Of a stretch of DNA of 64,000 nt, positions 7,169 to 15,786 are shown in pieces. Made by a program: the position numbers and the translations under genes. The stretch lies in sequence record NC_048673.1; one strand, 5' to 3'. The notes beneath the pieces are model-generated. The model saw only the letters and a program-made list of their open reading frames with translations, had not been told where the DNA came from and did no database searches. Position 1 is the first letter of the stretch. Each line of letters opens with the position of its first letter.

Positions 7169-7393
7169 TTACTGGCTAAGTTTGATCCGTTCATCAAACT
7201 GCATATATGAGAAAATTGCTTCGAAATCCTGATGGACTGCAATCGTTTTTTGCTTATCGGTTCCACGAACATCAAAGGTGATATAAGAAACACCGTTCTT
7301 CTCAGAGAGACCTTTGATCAGTTTGGTGTCAATAACGGTACGAGACGCACCACCAAATTCAGACGGATCTACAATATCAGCAATAAAAATCAT
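7169..7393 (-). CDS. hypothetical protein
   Basis: 74-aa ORF with AAGGA SD; terminator-like hairpin at about 7126-7160. Confidence 0.65.
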   Translation of the reverse strand: MIFIADIVDPSEFGGASRTVIDTKLIKGLSEKNGVSYITFDVRGTDKQKTIAVHQDFEAIFSYMQFDERIKLSQ

Positions 7394-7454
7394 TTATCTT
7401 TCCTTTTGTTATTTTATAAGGAGATTATAACACTATAATCTCCTGTTTTTAATT

Positions 7455-8468
7455 TTAAACTTTGTTAGCTTTCAACATAAATTTCTTGACAAGAGCTTCC
7501 ATCTGAGCACCACCAGAAGAACTATGAGATTTCATAGTCTGTACAAGTTCTTTCATCACATCCATGTTTTCCGGTGTTTCAGTTTCATAGAACGGAGTAG
7601 TTACAGACCAACGTTCTTTTGTTCCTGTACGACCACTGATATTCCATACACCCTTTCGCATCCATGTCATACGAGAAAAATAAATCACGGAACCGTTACC
7701 AATGTCAACTGCGAAATCATCACCGCCCAAATGTTTTCCTTCAAGTTCTTTTTTGACGAAAAGAACATAATCGGCTTTCTTGAGCGGTTTAACCTTTTTA
7801 TCACCAGAAAAAGCTTTCTTTAGCTTGGTTTCTGGGAAAAGGATTTTCGGATCCTTCATAAACTTTTCAGTTTCGGATTGGTTGTAATTGCTTTGGGTCA
7901 TTTTTACTTTTTTACGGTCAATCAGAACCTCAGTGAAAACACCCATCTTATCCAACTCAGGTTTATCAATACCTGCACCCAGAGCTTTGGTGATAAACAC
8001 ATGAGCCATTGCATTCAGATCAAAGAAAACTGTACGGTCTTCCGACGTAAATTTATAATCGACAGAAGAAGTTCCCCAAGTACCAACGGTAATTTTACGT
8101 TCAAATGTGAACTTTTTACCGCTCATCTTTTGGAAGTAGTCGAGATAAGCCTGAGTATCAAAAAACTTGTCAAACATATGGGTTACGAAGTTAGTTACAA
8201 CATGTTTCTCTTCTTCCTGTTTCTGTTTTCGCTGTGCCCATGTAGCTTCTTGGGTTGCAGGAGAACCAGATTTTCTCAGTTCTTCGTAAGCTTGGTTTAC
8301 TGCCTGCATTTTTTCGGTGGAACCACCACGGTCTGGGTGGTTATCCTTTGCTGCCTTGCGATATGCAGCCTTTAGTTGGTCATCAGTAAACTTACCAGTC
8401 AAACCAAGAGCCTTCATCGCGACTGCTTGAGTCATAGATTCAAACAGCTCATTAAACATCTTAGACAT
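7455..8468 (-). CDS. J-domain (DnaJ-like) protein
   Basis: LKAAYRKAAKDNHPDRGGSTEKMQAVNQAYEEL is a J-domain with an intact HPD motif. Confidence 0.88.
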   Translation of the reverse strand: MSKMFNELFESMTQAVAMKALGLTGKFTDDQLKAAYRKAAKDNHPDRGGSTEKMQAVNQAYEELRKSGSPATQEATWAQRKQKQEEEKHVVTNFVTHMFDKFFDTQAYLDYFQKMSGKKFTFERKITVGTWGTSSVDYKFTSEDRTVFFDLNAMAHVFITKALGAGIDKPELDKMGVFTEVLIDRKKVKMTQSNYNQSETEKFMKDPKILFPETKLKKAFSGDKKVKPLKKADYVLFVKKELEGKHLGGDDFAVDIGNGSVIYFSRMTWMRKGVWNISGRTGTKERWSVTTPFYETETPENMDVMKELVQTMKSHSSSGGAQMEALVKKFMLKANKV

Positions 8469-8512
8469 AAAATCATTCCTTTATAAAACAGTATTTAGGC
8501 AACAACTATAGG

Positions 8513-8668
8513 TTACATCTCTTTGTTTTCGTTGTCAACTGTTTTTAACCAATCCAACCACTCCCGCACGGTCATACCTTCTGGTTTATAGATTGTATCT
8601 CCTTCAACTGCGATTCGCATCCGTTCTAGATCAAAATCAAAGTAGTCATCCATTTGAATATCTTCCAT
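8513..8668 (-). CDS. small hypothetical protein (51 aa; not in the ORF track)
   Basis: MEDIQMDDYFDFDLERMRIAVEGDTIYKPEGMTVREWLDWLK...; its 3' end contains a TTGACA promoter at 8533-8538. Confidence 0.55.
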   Translation of the reverse strand: MEDIQMDDYFDFDLERMRIAVEGDTIYKPEGMTVREWLDWLKTVDNENKEM

Positions 8669-8707
8669 AAAATAAAGGGGTTGCTTAATAGCAACCCCTT
8701 TATAACA

Positions 8708-8953
8708 TTATTCTTTTACAACTTCAACCTGATTTTGTTTCAGATGATTGATTTTATTCAGATAGAACTGAATGTCGGAAGATTCTTCTTTGTCTAGTTC
8801 GAGTGCTTCTGCGAGCATACTAAAGATTTTAGCATTTTGTTGACTAATTGCTACTGATTCTTCACTCATATCAAAAATACGGGCTTTCAGTACGATGATG
8901 TCACTAGACAGTTTTTGAATTTGTTCTTGCATTTTATTTTTCCTATTAAACAA
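8708..8953 (-). CDS. 57A: tail fiber assembly chaperone gp57A
   Basis: QKLSSDIIVLKARIFD resembles T4 gp57A; lies downstream of gene 1. Confidence 0.75.
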   Translation of the reverse strand: MFNRKNKMQEQIQKLSSDIIVLKARIFDMSEESVAISQQNAKIFSMLAEALELDKEESSDIQFYLNKINHLKQNQVEVVKE

Positions 8954-9689
8954 TTGATTTGATATTTTTCTTAAGAGCTTCTAATGTACCATCATTAAAA
9001 ACTATAATATCACTTGCTGATGGTTCTAAACCACGCTCGGTGATATGTGAATCGGTTGATACGATTCCAGTCTTACAAATAAAGATTACTTTAGCACCAT
9101 TATCACGACAAAATTGCATTTCGTGAGCCTGTCTGACATCGGTTATAATGATGTCTTTCCCATCATCCGGGATACACTCTAACCAATAATCACGTCTTAC
9201 ATTGACAACTAGATCCGTACCAAGAACTTGCATCAGTCTACGAATAGACCATTTATATTTATTTTCAATTTCTGCTGCTTTTTTCTTATTACCAAAGAAT
9301 TCAGCAAAGCCAATACACAACATATCTTTTATTGTCATTTTGTCACTAGATCTAAATTCAGAGACAGAATTGAAAAGTTTGTGCATTTCACCGAATGTGA
9401 AATTGTTGTGTCTATGGCAGAACATTATAGCATTATTCAGAAGACTCTTTAATTCTAAAGTAGTCAAGCCCAAATCTTGCTCTCGGTCATATTCAGTTTC
9501 TCCATTAACATCAGCAAAGCTGATATCTTTTGTTTTCTGAATACGTTGTAATCCATTATGGATGGATTTTTTAATTGGGTGAGCTAAAGCATATGGAACA
9601 GCCCCAGTAAGTTCTTGGATGAACTTCGAGGCTGTGTCTTTACCCGTCCGTTTCAAACCAGAAATAGCGTATATCATATAGTACCTCAT
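8946..9689 (-). CDS. 1: deoxynucleoside monophosphate kinase gp1
   Basis: ISGLKRTGKDT P-loop, RRLMQVLGTD and IITDVRQ motifs; synteny. Confidence 0.92.
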   Translation of the reverse strand: MRYYMIYAISGLKRTGKDTASKFIQELTGAVPYALAHPIKKSIHNGLQRIQKTKDISFADVNGETEYDREQDLGLTTLELKSLLNNAIMFCHRHNNFTFGEMHKLFNSVSEFRSSDKMTIKDMLCIGFAEFFGNKKKAAEIENKYKWSIRRLMQVLGTDLVVNVRRDYWLECIPDDGKDIIITDVRQAHEMQFCRDNGAKVIFICKTGIVSTDSHITERGLEPSASDIIVFNDGTLEALKKNIKSIV

Positions 9690-9723
9690 CTTTTTGTTTA
9701 TTATACCTCAAGACGAAGAACCT

Positions 9724-10287
9724 TTAGATTTTACTTTGGAATGGGTGTCCTGCACCGATACCGACCGGGTTTTGTTTTGGTAGGATTTCCAAATCGTTTA
9801 CACCAACAACACTCATAGATGAGTAACTAAATGTTACATTACCTATAAGGGCTGGGTTTCCGTCATCAACATAGGACAATTCTATATCGTCCAATGAACT
9901 CGGGAATGGGTCATGAAACTTGAAAGTCAATACTATATTCTTTTTTGAGTTATCCAGAATATGAACCAAAATAGATCTAGGTCTAGCACCCGGTAGATGG
10001 GCGGTGGAATTGAAAGTTCTACTATCAGTAACAGAGATCATCCATTGATACAACTCTTTATAAGATTCGAAATTTTCATCAATCAAAAATCTAATCCTAA
10101 ATGGTTCGTAAATGATCTTCGAACCCGGCATAAGTCCGGACGTCATCTGATTTATCGAAACTCTTGTTATATCCATTTCCATAGTTGGAAGAACAACAGA
10201 TTGAGCTGATGTTACAAAGTTGGCGGTTGTGTTTGCGTCTGGGATTTCCAGACGCATGTTTGTTATGTGTGCTTGATTATGTATCAT
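9724..10287 (-). CDS. 3: tail tube terminator/completion protein gp3
   Basis: NQAHITN...SAQSV, YEPFRIRFLIDE, ILDNSK resemble T4 gp3. Confidence 0.88.
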   Translation of the reverse strand: MIHNQAHITNMRLEIPDANTTANFVTSAQSVVLPTMEMDITRVSINQMTSGLMPGSKIIYEPFRIRFLIDENFESYKELYQWMISVTDSRTFNSTAHLPGARPRSILVHILDNSKKNIVLTFKFHDPFPSSLDDIELSYVDDGNPALIGNVTFSYSSMSVVGVNDLEILPKQNPVGIGAGHPFQSKI

Positions 10288-12152
10288 GTTGACGGTTGAA
10301 CCCCATATGAATATTGTGGTTGGTCTGGTCTAAATTCACCAAAACCAGACGGTAGAACGGAATTCATACTATTATATGTGGTATTATTTACAGCAGCCAT
10401 TAACGCACCTTCTTGACGTCGTGCATCTCGTTCTTCCTTTTCACGTTGTTGTTTAGCTCGGAATTCTTCAACCTCTTGGTTTCTTTTCTCAAGGGTTTTA
10501 AATACAGGCTCATTTTCACCCGCCTTAATTTCATTCCCTAATTTAGATTCCGGTTGAGCTTCACTAGCATTAGCTTTTCCAAACAATGACCCGGTAAGAC
10601 TTTCCCAAGCACCCTTCGCAGCATCAACACCCTTATCCAACAGATCTGGATTCTCTTTGGCGAAGTTATACAACTCATAAGCCATCAAGCCAGCACCAAC
10701 AAAAGGAATTGCTCTACCGGCGACACGTACCGCCATACCAGCACCAGTTAATGCGCTTTTTGGTATAAATTTTGAGGCTGATTTTGCAGCATCGGTAGCA
10801 ACAGACCAACCCTTTTTACCAAGATCAGCAGCCCTTGACAAAATACCAGCCTTCCCTTTAGGGGTAGGTGTCTTTGTTTTAGGTGTCTCAATTTTTGCTG
10901 GTTGCCCCGGTCTTGGTTCTGGTGTAGGTGGCTTCTTTCCATCCGGTTGTGTAGTTTTCGGAGACTTCTTAGGATCCTTAGACACATCGTTTGGATTAAC
11001 ACCACCAGAGCCAGACGATGGTGTAGGGGTCTTACTTCCCAATCCCGGTATCTTATCAAACAACCCCGAAAACTTAGCAATTAAACCACCAACAGCAGCA
11101 GATAGGGCACCCGCAATCATAGGAGCCAAACCAAGAACCGCACCAGATAGAACACTGATACCAGAAACAAGACCACTAAGAACAAATCCAACACCACCAA
11201 TCAGTTTACCGATCAACATGGACATCTGGATACCTTTAAGAACATCGATTAAGCTTTTATGACGCTTTTCGTTGTTCTCTCGTTCTCTTCCATTTTCTTG
11301 TCTTTCTTTCTTTTGCTCTTGGTTATTTCTATCTGTTTTTACTTTGTCTTCTGGTTTGTTTTGTGGGATCTGTTGGAATCTAGAAGTAGCATCAGCCTTC
11401 TTCTCTTCATAAGCCGCATTCGCTTTTGCATCTAATTTCTTTTCCTTACGGGCGTTATGTGCATCAATAATAGACCCACCAACAAACTTCGTTGCATTAG
11501 CGGCCTGATTATAACCGGGAATAGTTGATAACAAATCGTTTATGGTTCCAGTAACCATACCGATACCAGCGGACATAGTATGACCAAGTATTTTCGCTGT
11601 TGCTGATGTTTCTGATTTCTTCATTCGATCAACTATATTAGCTTTTTTTGCTATCTCTCGAACAAATTTACCAGTTTTTTGATTTTCTTCTTTGAAATTT
11701 TCCACAAATTCACGACGATCACCAACTTCGCGTTGTATAAATTCTTTCAAAGTCTCCCTAGTGTCTTCCTGCATAGGTTTGGCAGTTTCCCCCTGTTCCG
11801 GGTTCTGACTTTTTACACCTTGGCTATAATCCACTAGGGGTTGTTTATTATTTAAAATGTCTTCCAGTTGCTTTCGTCTAGCTGAAACTAATTCGTTTTC
11901 AACCTTATTACTACGCTTATTATCCTTTCTGGCACCTTTTATCTGGTTCGCTAATTTTTCTTGTTCTTGTGCGACTTCCAGACTGGAATCAGAGGTAATA
12001 TCATAAGACGCGGTAAGGTCTTTTGTTGAGTTGGACAACTTTTCTGTCTTGTCGTCCAACTTAAGCATCGAATCAGAAACAATATCCATAGCATCCGTGA
12101 CATCTCGAACCGATTTATCAAGTTCGTTCTGTTTCTGCTTGTCAATCATCAC
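10284..12152 (-). CDS. 29: tape measure / baseplate hub protein (gp29-like)
   Basis: 622 aa with coiled coils, a central Gly/Ala hydrophobic stretch, a Pro/Lys-rich linker and RAIPFVGAGL; lies downstream of gp26/51. Confidence 0.7.
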   Translation of the reverse strand: MMIDKQKQNELDKSVRDVTDAMDIVSDSMLKLDDKTEKLSNSTKDLTASYDITSDSSLEVAQEQEKLANQIKGARKDNKRSNKVENELVSARRKQLEDILNNKQPLVDYSQGVKSQNPEQGETAKPMQEDTRETLKEFIQREVGDRREFVENFKEENQKTGKFVREIAKKANIVDRMKKSETSATAKILGHTMSAGIGMVTGTINDLLSTIPGYNQAANATKFVGGSIIDAHNARKEKKLDAKANAAYEEKKADATSRFQQIPQNKPEDKVKTDRNNQEQKKERQENGRERENNEKRHKSLIDVLKGIQMSMLIGKLIGGVGFVLSGLVSGISVLSGAVLGLAPMIAGALSAAVGGLIAKFSGLFDKIPGLGSKTPTPSSGSGGVNPNDVSKDPKKSPKTTQPDGKKPPTPEPRPGQPAKIETPKTKTPTPKGKAGILSRAADLGKKGWSVATDAAKSASKFIPKSALTGAGMAVRVAGRAIPFVGAGLMAYELYNFAKENPDLLDKGVDAAKGAWESLTGSLFGKANASEAQPESKLGNEIKAGENEPVFKTLEKRNQEVEEFRAKQQREKEERDARRQEGALMAAVNNTTYNSMNSVLPSGFGEFRPDQPQYSYGVQPST

Positions 12153-12320
12153 TTAGTCCTTTTCTCTCGCCTGTTCTTTGAGATCGTTTAGGTAGAGGTG
12201 AACATAAACACCAAATTCAAAGGGGGTCATATCCTCAAGATCCGAATGGCTCCATCCATCTTTTCTAAGCTTATATACCGTATTAAAATGATCGTATATG
12301 GTATGGTTAACAAGCGTTAT
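12153..12320 (-). CDS. 51: gp51-like C-terminal module (55 aa, no start codon; probably reached by -1 frameshift from gp26)
   Basis: ITLVNHTIYDHFNTVYKLRKDGWSHSDLEDMTPFEFGVYVHLYLNDL resembles the gp51 C-terminus; lies in the -1 frame of gp26. Confidence 0.72.
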   Translation of the reverse strand: MTLVNHTIYDHFNTVYKLRKDGWSHSDLEDMTPFEFGVYVHLYLNDLKEQAREKD

Positions 12321-13102
12321 GCGAAAAAACTTTCTACCCCTTTAAGTGTAACAATTTCTTGGTGTCCACATTTTTTACACTTTACAGGTATATTTAGAGT
12401 ATGTTGGGGGAGGGATGTTACAAATTTACCCATTTTGGTCAAAGCAACTGAATCGGCGTATTCCATAATTTCAGAAATATCCTCATACGGAATATCAACA
12501 CCAACCTTAACAACCTGATCTCCCATATGAACTTCGTCAATACAGCGATTGATTAAGTTAAACAAGTCGGACTCAACTTCTACGTTGAAATATTCAACCT
12601 CGCTGATATTAGGATATCTCATATAAACTGTCATGTTCTCATTCAGAACAATTTTGTTATCTGGTGCATCCGACAATTTAGCGTTATTCAAGTTTACGTT
12701 TACTTTGATATCAGAGCCACAACGAATAATTTCACCATATTGGTCATATTGAACATTACCATCTTCATCAAGAATTTCGTTGGCGCAAGTAAACATAACC
12801 GGAACAGTAGGACTTGCTTTTGATAACTTATACAAAGCTAGATAAACTGCTTCCAAGTCAAACACAGGTAAAAGGTCTACATCAACATTATCAGTTAGGA
12901 TACAGTTTTTTACGATTTGGATGATTGCATCATCGATTCCAGTATTGGCTTCGTTAGCTAACATCAACAGTTTCATTTCTTTCATCAAGAAAGCACGAAC
13001 CTTGATCTTTCTACCATCTGATAAAGTTACATTGGTCTGCTGTACGTTTTTCTGCATAGCAGCAAGAAGTACACTCTTGTCAATTGTGGTTTTGTTTGTC
13101 AT
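12317..13102 (-). CDS. 26: baseplate hub assembly chaperone gp26
   Basis: VRAFLMKEMKLL, MRYP and CKKCG...KGVESFFA resemble T4 gp26. Confidence 0.85.
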   Translation of the reverse strand: MTNKTTIDKSVLLAAMQKNVQQTNVTLSDGRKIKVRAFLMKEMKLLMLANEANTGIDDAIIQIVKNCILTDNVDVDLLPVFDLEAVYLALYKLSKASPTVPVMFTCANEILDEDGNVQYDQYGEIIRCGSDIKVNVNLNNAKLSDAPDNKIVLNENMTVYMRYPNISEVEYFNVEVESDLFNLINRCIDEVHMGDQVVKVGVDIPYEDISEIMEYADSVALTKMGKFVTSLPQHTLNIPVKCKKCGHQEIVTLKGVESFFA

Positions 13103-13130
13103 AGTTAAAAATCCCTTATAGATCTATACT

Positions 13131-13272
13131 TATTTAGTACATTGTAACATGATGTTCTTCAAGACTTAATCTTAGATAGTTTCACTTGCAATCAAACTAT
13201 AAAGTCTCTATAAGTATTTATATAGAAAATCTATAATTAGAAAGAGTGTGAGCGAAGCGAACAGGCGGCTAN
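13131..13272 (-). repeat. promoter/stem-loop cassette, copy 1
   Basis: Core 13229-13271 and 13177-13186 match 56077-56123 in reverse complement; contains TTAAGT-17-TACAAT, CTAAATA and TATAAATA. Confidence 0.65.
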
Positions 13273-13282
13273 GTAGATATGA

Positions 13283-13305
13283 AAAAGCCACCCCGTAGGA
13301 TGGCT
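13283..13305 (-). terminator. rho-independent terminator after gene 54
   Basis: AGCCA..TGGCT stem with a U-tract on the minus strand; 1 mismatch to 56494-56516. Confidence 0.7.
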
Positions 13306-13310
13306 TAGTA

Positions 13311-14252
13311 TTAACGAATGGCTTTCACAACGCCTGTAGTACGTCTTATGATACTCTCTATAGAGTCGATGGTGTTCTCTTCACCCTTAGTAGGAACATG
13401 CACTGTAGTTGATACAGCGAATGTGACGGTAAAGGTTGCTACCTGAGAATTGTTCTCAAAATCTAGTTGAACTTCACCTACCTCTATGGGAAAGCACCCT
13501 GTATTATGTACAGTGGATTGCTTAACTCCATGACGGTCTAACGTGATGACGTCAATATCCTTTGCATACGTATTATAAAATCCAAATTGTCCATTTCTTG
13601 GGTTGACAATTGTATTCTGCCATGTTAACATCAAAGAACGTTCCTCATAAGAAGGGGAACAGTAAAACGTCATACTCATGGTTCCGTAGTTTCTACCTCT
13701 TACTTCGTGTCGAGGTAGTTTGTCTGTACGGTTGATTGTCGTTTCCAAAGTAGAACTAGGGAGTCCGACGCTTTTTACCATAAGTGCAAGATCGCGGTTT
13801 ACATCATAATCGGTTCCCAGAAATCCATCAAGGATCTCTCCTGCTCCCGGTATGATCCGGATCAAGGACGGATCCCAAGCACCAAAAATCTTCTTCATGC
13901 TAGGCGTGAGGATTTTGTGTGCTTGTCCCAAAGCAATGTCCTGAACTCTATGCCAAGCATAACTTGTACCAGAGAAAAGACTATCATTGACGTCCATCCC
14001 GCTGCTTGAGTCCGGAAATATCGGTAAATCCCTATCAAAAACACCATCACTGAATATAGAGGTTCGGAAATCTCCGAACCTTACAATAAACATGTTTGGT
14101 CTAGCCAAATCGGTATTCTCAACTTTCCGCATAAACCTAGTTAGATCGGGGATCTCGCTTGCATCCCCACCATCGTTTAATAAATCTTCACCAAACCCGA
14201 TAGTACTATCTATCATACTATCTATGGTTGGAATAGGTGGTATTAAGTTCAT
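13311..14252 (-). CDS. 54: baseplate tail tube initiator gp54
   Basis: LARPNMF tail-tube-family motif, WQNTIVNP, FTVTFA; ATG overlaps the gp2 stop (TAATG). Confidence 0.82.
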   Translation of the reverse strand: MNLIPPIPTIDSMIDSTIGFGEDLLNDGGDASEIPDLTRFMRKVENTDLARPNMFIVRFGDFRTSIFSDGVFDRDLPIFPDSSSGMDVNDSLFSGTSYAWHRVQDIALGQAHKILTPSMKKIFGAWDPSLIRIIPGAGEILDGFLGTDYDVNRDLALMVKSVGLPSSTLETTINRTDKLPRHEVRGRNYGTMSMTFYCSPSYEERSLMLTWQNTIVNPRNGQFGFYNTYAKDIDVITLDRHGVKQSTVHNTGCFPIEVGEVQLDFENNSQVATFTVTFAVSTTVHVPTKGEENTIDSIESIIRRTTGVVKAIR

Positions 14253-15250
14253 TAGTATGATCTCCAAACGGAATTCGTATTATAGGTCTTCGGAGGAACA
14301 CCAGATACAAACCGTTGAGTCGGTAGATTAATAACAGAACTCCAATCCTGCGGTTTAATCTCCATTAATGGACCCTTAATATGACCCGGCAAATACGCTT
14401 TGATCATATGGTCTGCACCTCTCATTCCCTTAACCTTACCCCAGTTGATATTTAGGGATGTACGGTTGGTAATCCTCTCTGTGGTTGCATGTTTCAGCAA
14501 CTCTTCCATAAATTCTTTACGGGCTTTGATCGGGATGTAGTGAAGGTTGAGACCCAACATCAAACCTTTGTGTTTTGCACTTAGGCCAAGATATACGATC
14601 AGGGGGAATTTATCCCAGTATGGTAGTGTTGCCTTATGTTTTGCGTCATATGCGAAAGTATACAATCGACCAGCAATTGGTCTTGTTACTTGGTGACCAC
14701 GAACGTTTTTCTTTATGAAATTGTTAAACCATTCCGTTGACTTCTTCTGAGACTTCACAGGCTCTTTTTCGTGTTGCCTTACTTTATTTCTAAAGTCAGC
14801 CAATAGCATCTGATATTTTTCGGCTTTAGATAGTTTTCTTCCGCTTATTTGTGCGTCTTTTAATTTCTTAGCCAGTAGAATATCTTGCTTGAATCTTCTG
14901 AATGCCCGTTCCGTGGTTTCTTTATTAAGTCCACGTCCTTCAATATAATTTTTTAGAGTAATGCTACTCTTTTCTTTTTGTGTCAAATAATCAACACCAA
15001 GCTCAATCCATTGTTGTTTATTCTTGTTTGGGTTTACCAGAGAATAATAAGTCTTTATTTCTTCTCTGTGTCTGCGCATAGCTCTACTGAATGTTTCATA
15101 ATTCAACCCTTTTTCCTCTGCATATTTCTTTGCAGTAAGACTTGGGTTCTTTTTCTTGGCGTTCATATAATCAACACCAACATCAATCCATTGTTTTCTA
15201 TTGCGTTTTTCTGTTGTGGACTCTGCACGTTCAGTTATTTCGAATATCAT
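14252..15250 (-). CDS. 2: DNA end protector gp2
   Basis: YDAKHKATLPYWDKFPL and GLNLHYIP. Confidence 0.95.
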   Translation of the reverse strand: MIFEITERAESTTEKRNRKQWIDVGVDYMNAKKKNPSLTAKKYAEEKGLNYETFSRAMRRHREEIKTYYSLVNPNKNKQQWIELGVDYLTQKEKSSITLKNYIEGRGLNKETTERAFRRFKQDILLAKKLKDAQISGRKLSKAEKYQMLLADFRNKVRQHEKEPVKSQKKSTEWFNNFIKKNVRGHQVTRPIAGRLYTFAYDAKHKATLPYWDKFPLIVYLGLSAKHKGLMLGLNLHYIPIKARKEFMEELLKHATTERITNRTSLNINWGKVKGMRGADHMIKAYLPGHIKGPLMEIKPQDWSSVINLPTQRFVSGVPPKTYNTNSVWRSY

Positions 15251-15717
15251 TTAGTAAGTCCTTTGAAACCCATTGCTCTCAATGAGTCCTCATTAATTAT
15301 ATTAAATCTCCACCCTTTTTTCTTGCATAATTCAGCGGTGGTTTTCCATTTGTCGTTATTGACTTGCCATGTATACACAGCTTGAATATAAGCATTTTTT
15401 GCTTTTAATGTATTTCTTTTTGGTGGTACTGGTGGAAAGCATTCTTTTTTAGGCTTAACTTCCCAGAGAGAAATAGAACCGTCGGACCACTGTATCCACA
15501 TATCCATAAAATAACGTCGTTTCTTTCCATCTGCATTAGAAAAATACGGAATGACCATACATTCGCTGTTCCAATATCTAACGTCTGGATTATTATCCAA
15601 CATCTCCATTATATACTTTTCCCACGAACTACGGTAGGTAACCTTTTTTGGGTCTCCTTTATATTTTTCTCTATTCTTTACAAAGTATTGACCTTTGTAT
15701 GTATTATTTCCGGCCAT
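15247..15717 (-). CDS. 4: head completion nuclease gp4
   Basis: YRSSWE, WNSE, RYFMD, EVKP and NNDKW. Confidence 0.95.
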   Translation of the reverse strand: MAGNNTYKGQYFVKNREKYKGDPKKVTYRSSWEKYIMEMLDNNPDVRYWNSECMVIPYFSNADGKKRRYFMDMWIQWSDGSISLWEVKPKKECFPPVPPKRNTLKAKNAYIQAVYTWQVNNDKWKTTAELCKKKGWRFNIINEDSLRAMGFKGLTK

Positions 15718-15738
15718 AATAAATTCTCCTATTTGTTT

Positions 15739-15761
15739 TATTTAGGGTTTGCCCCTAAATA
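15739..15761. promoter_or_regulatory. back-to-back late promoters (CTAAATA on both strands)
   Basis: TATTTAGG...CCTAAATA between divergent genes 4 and 48. Confidence 0.8.
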
Positions 15762-15786
15762 CAAGTAAACAACATGAGGTTTAAAA

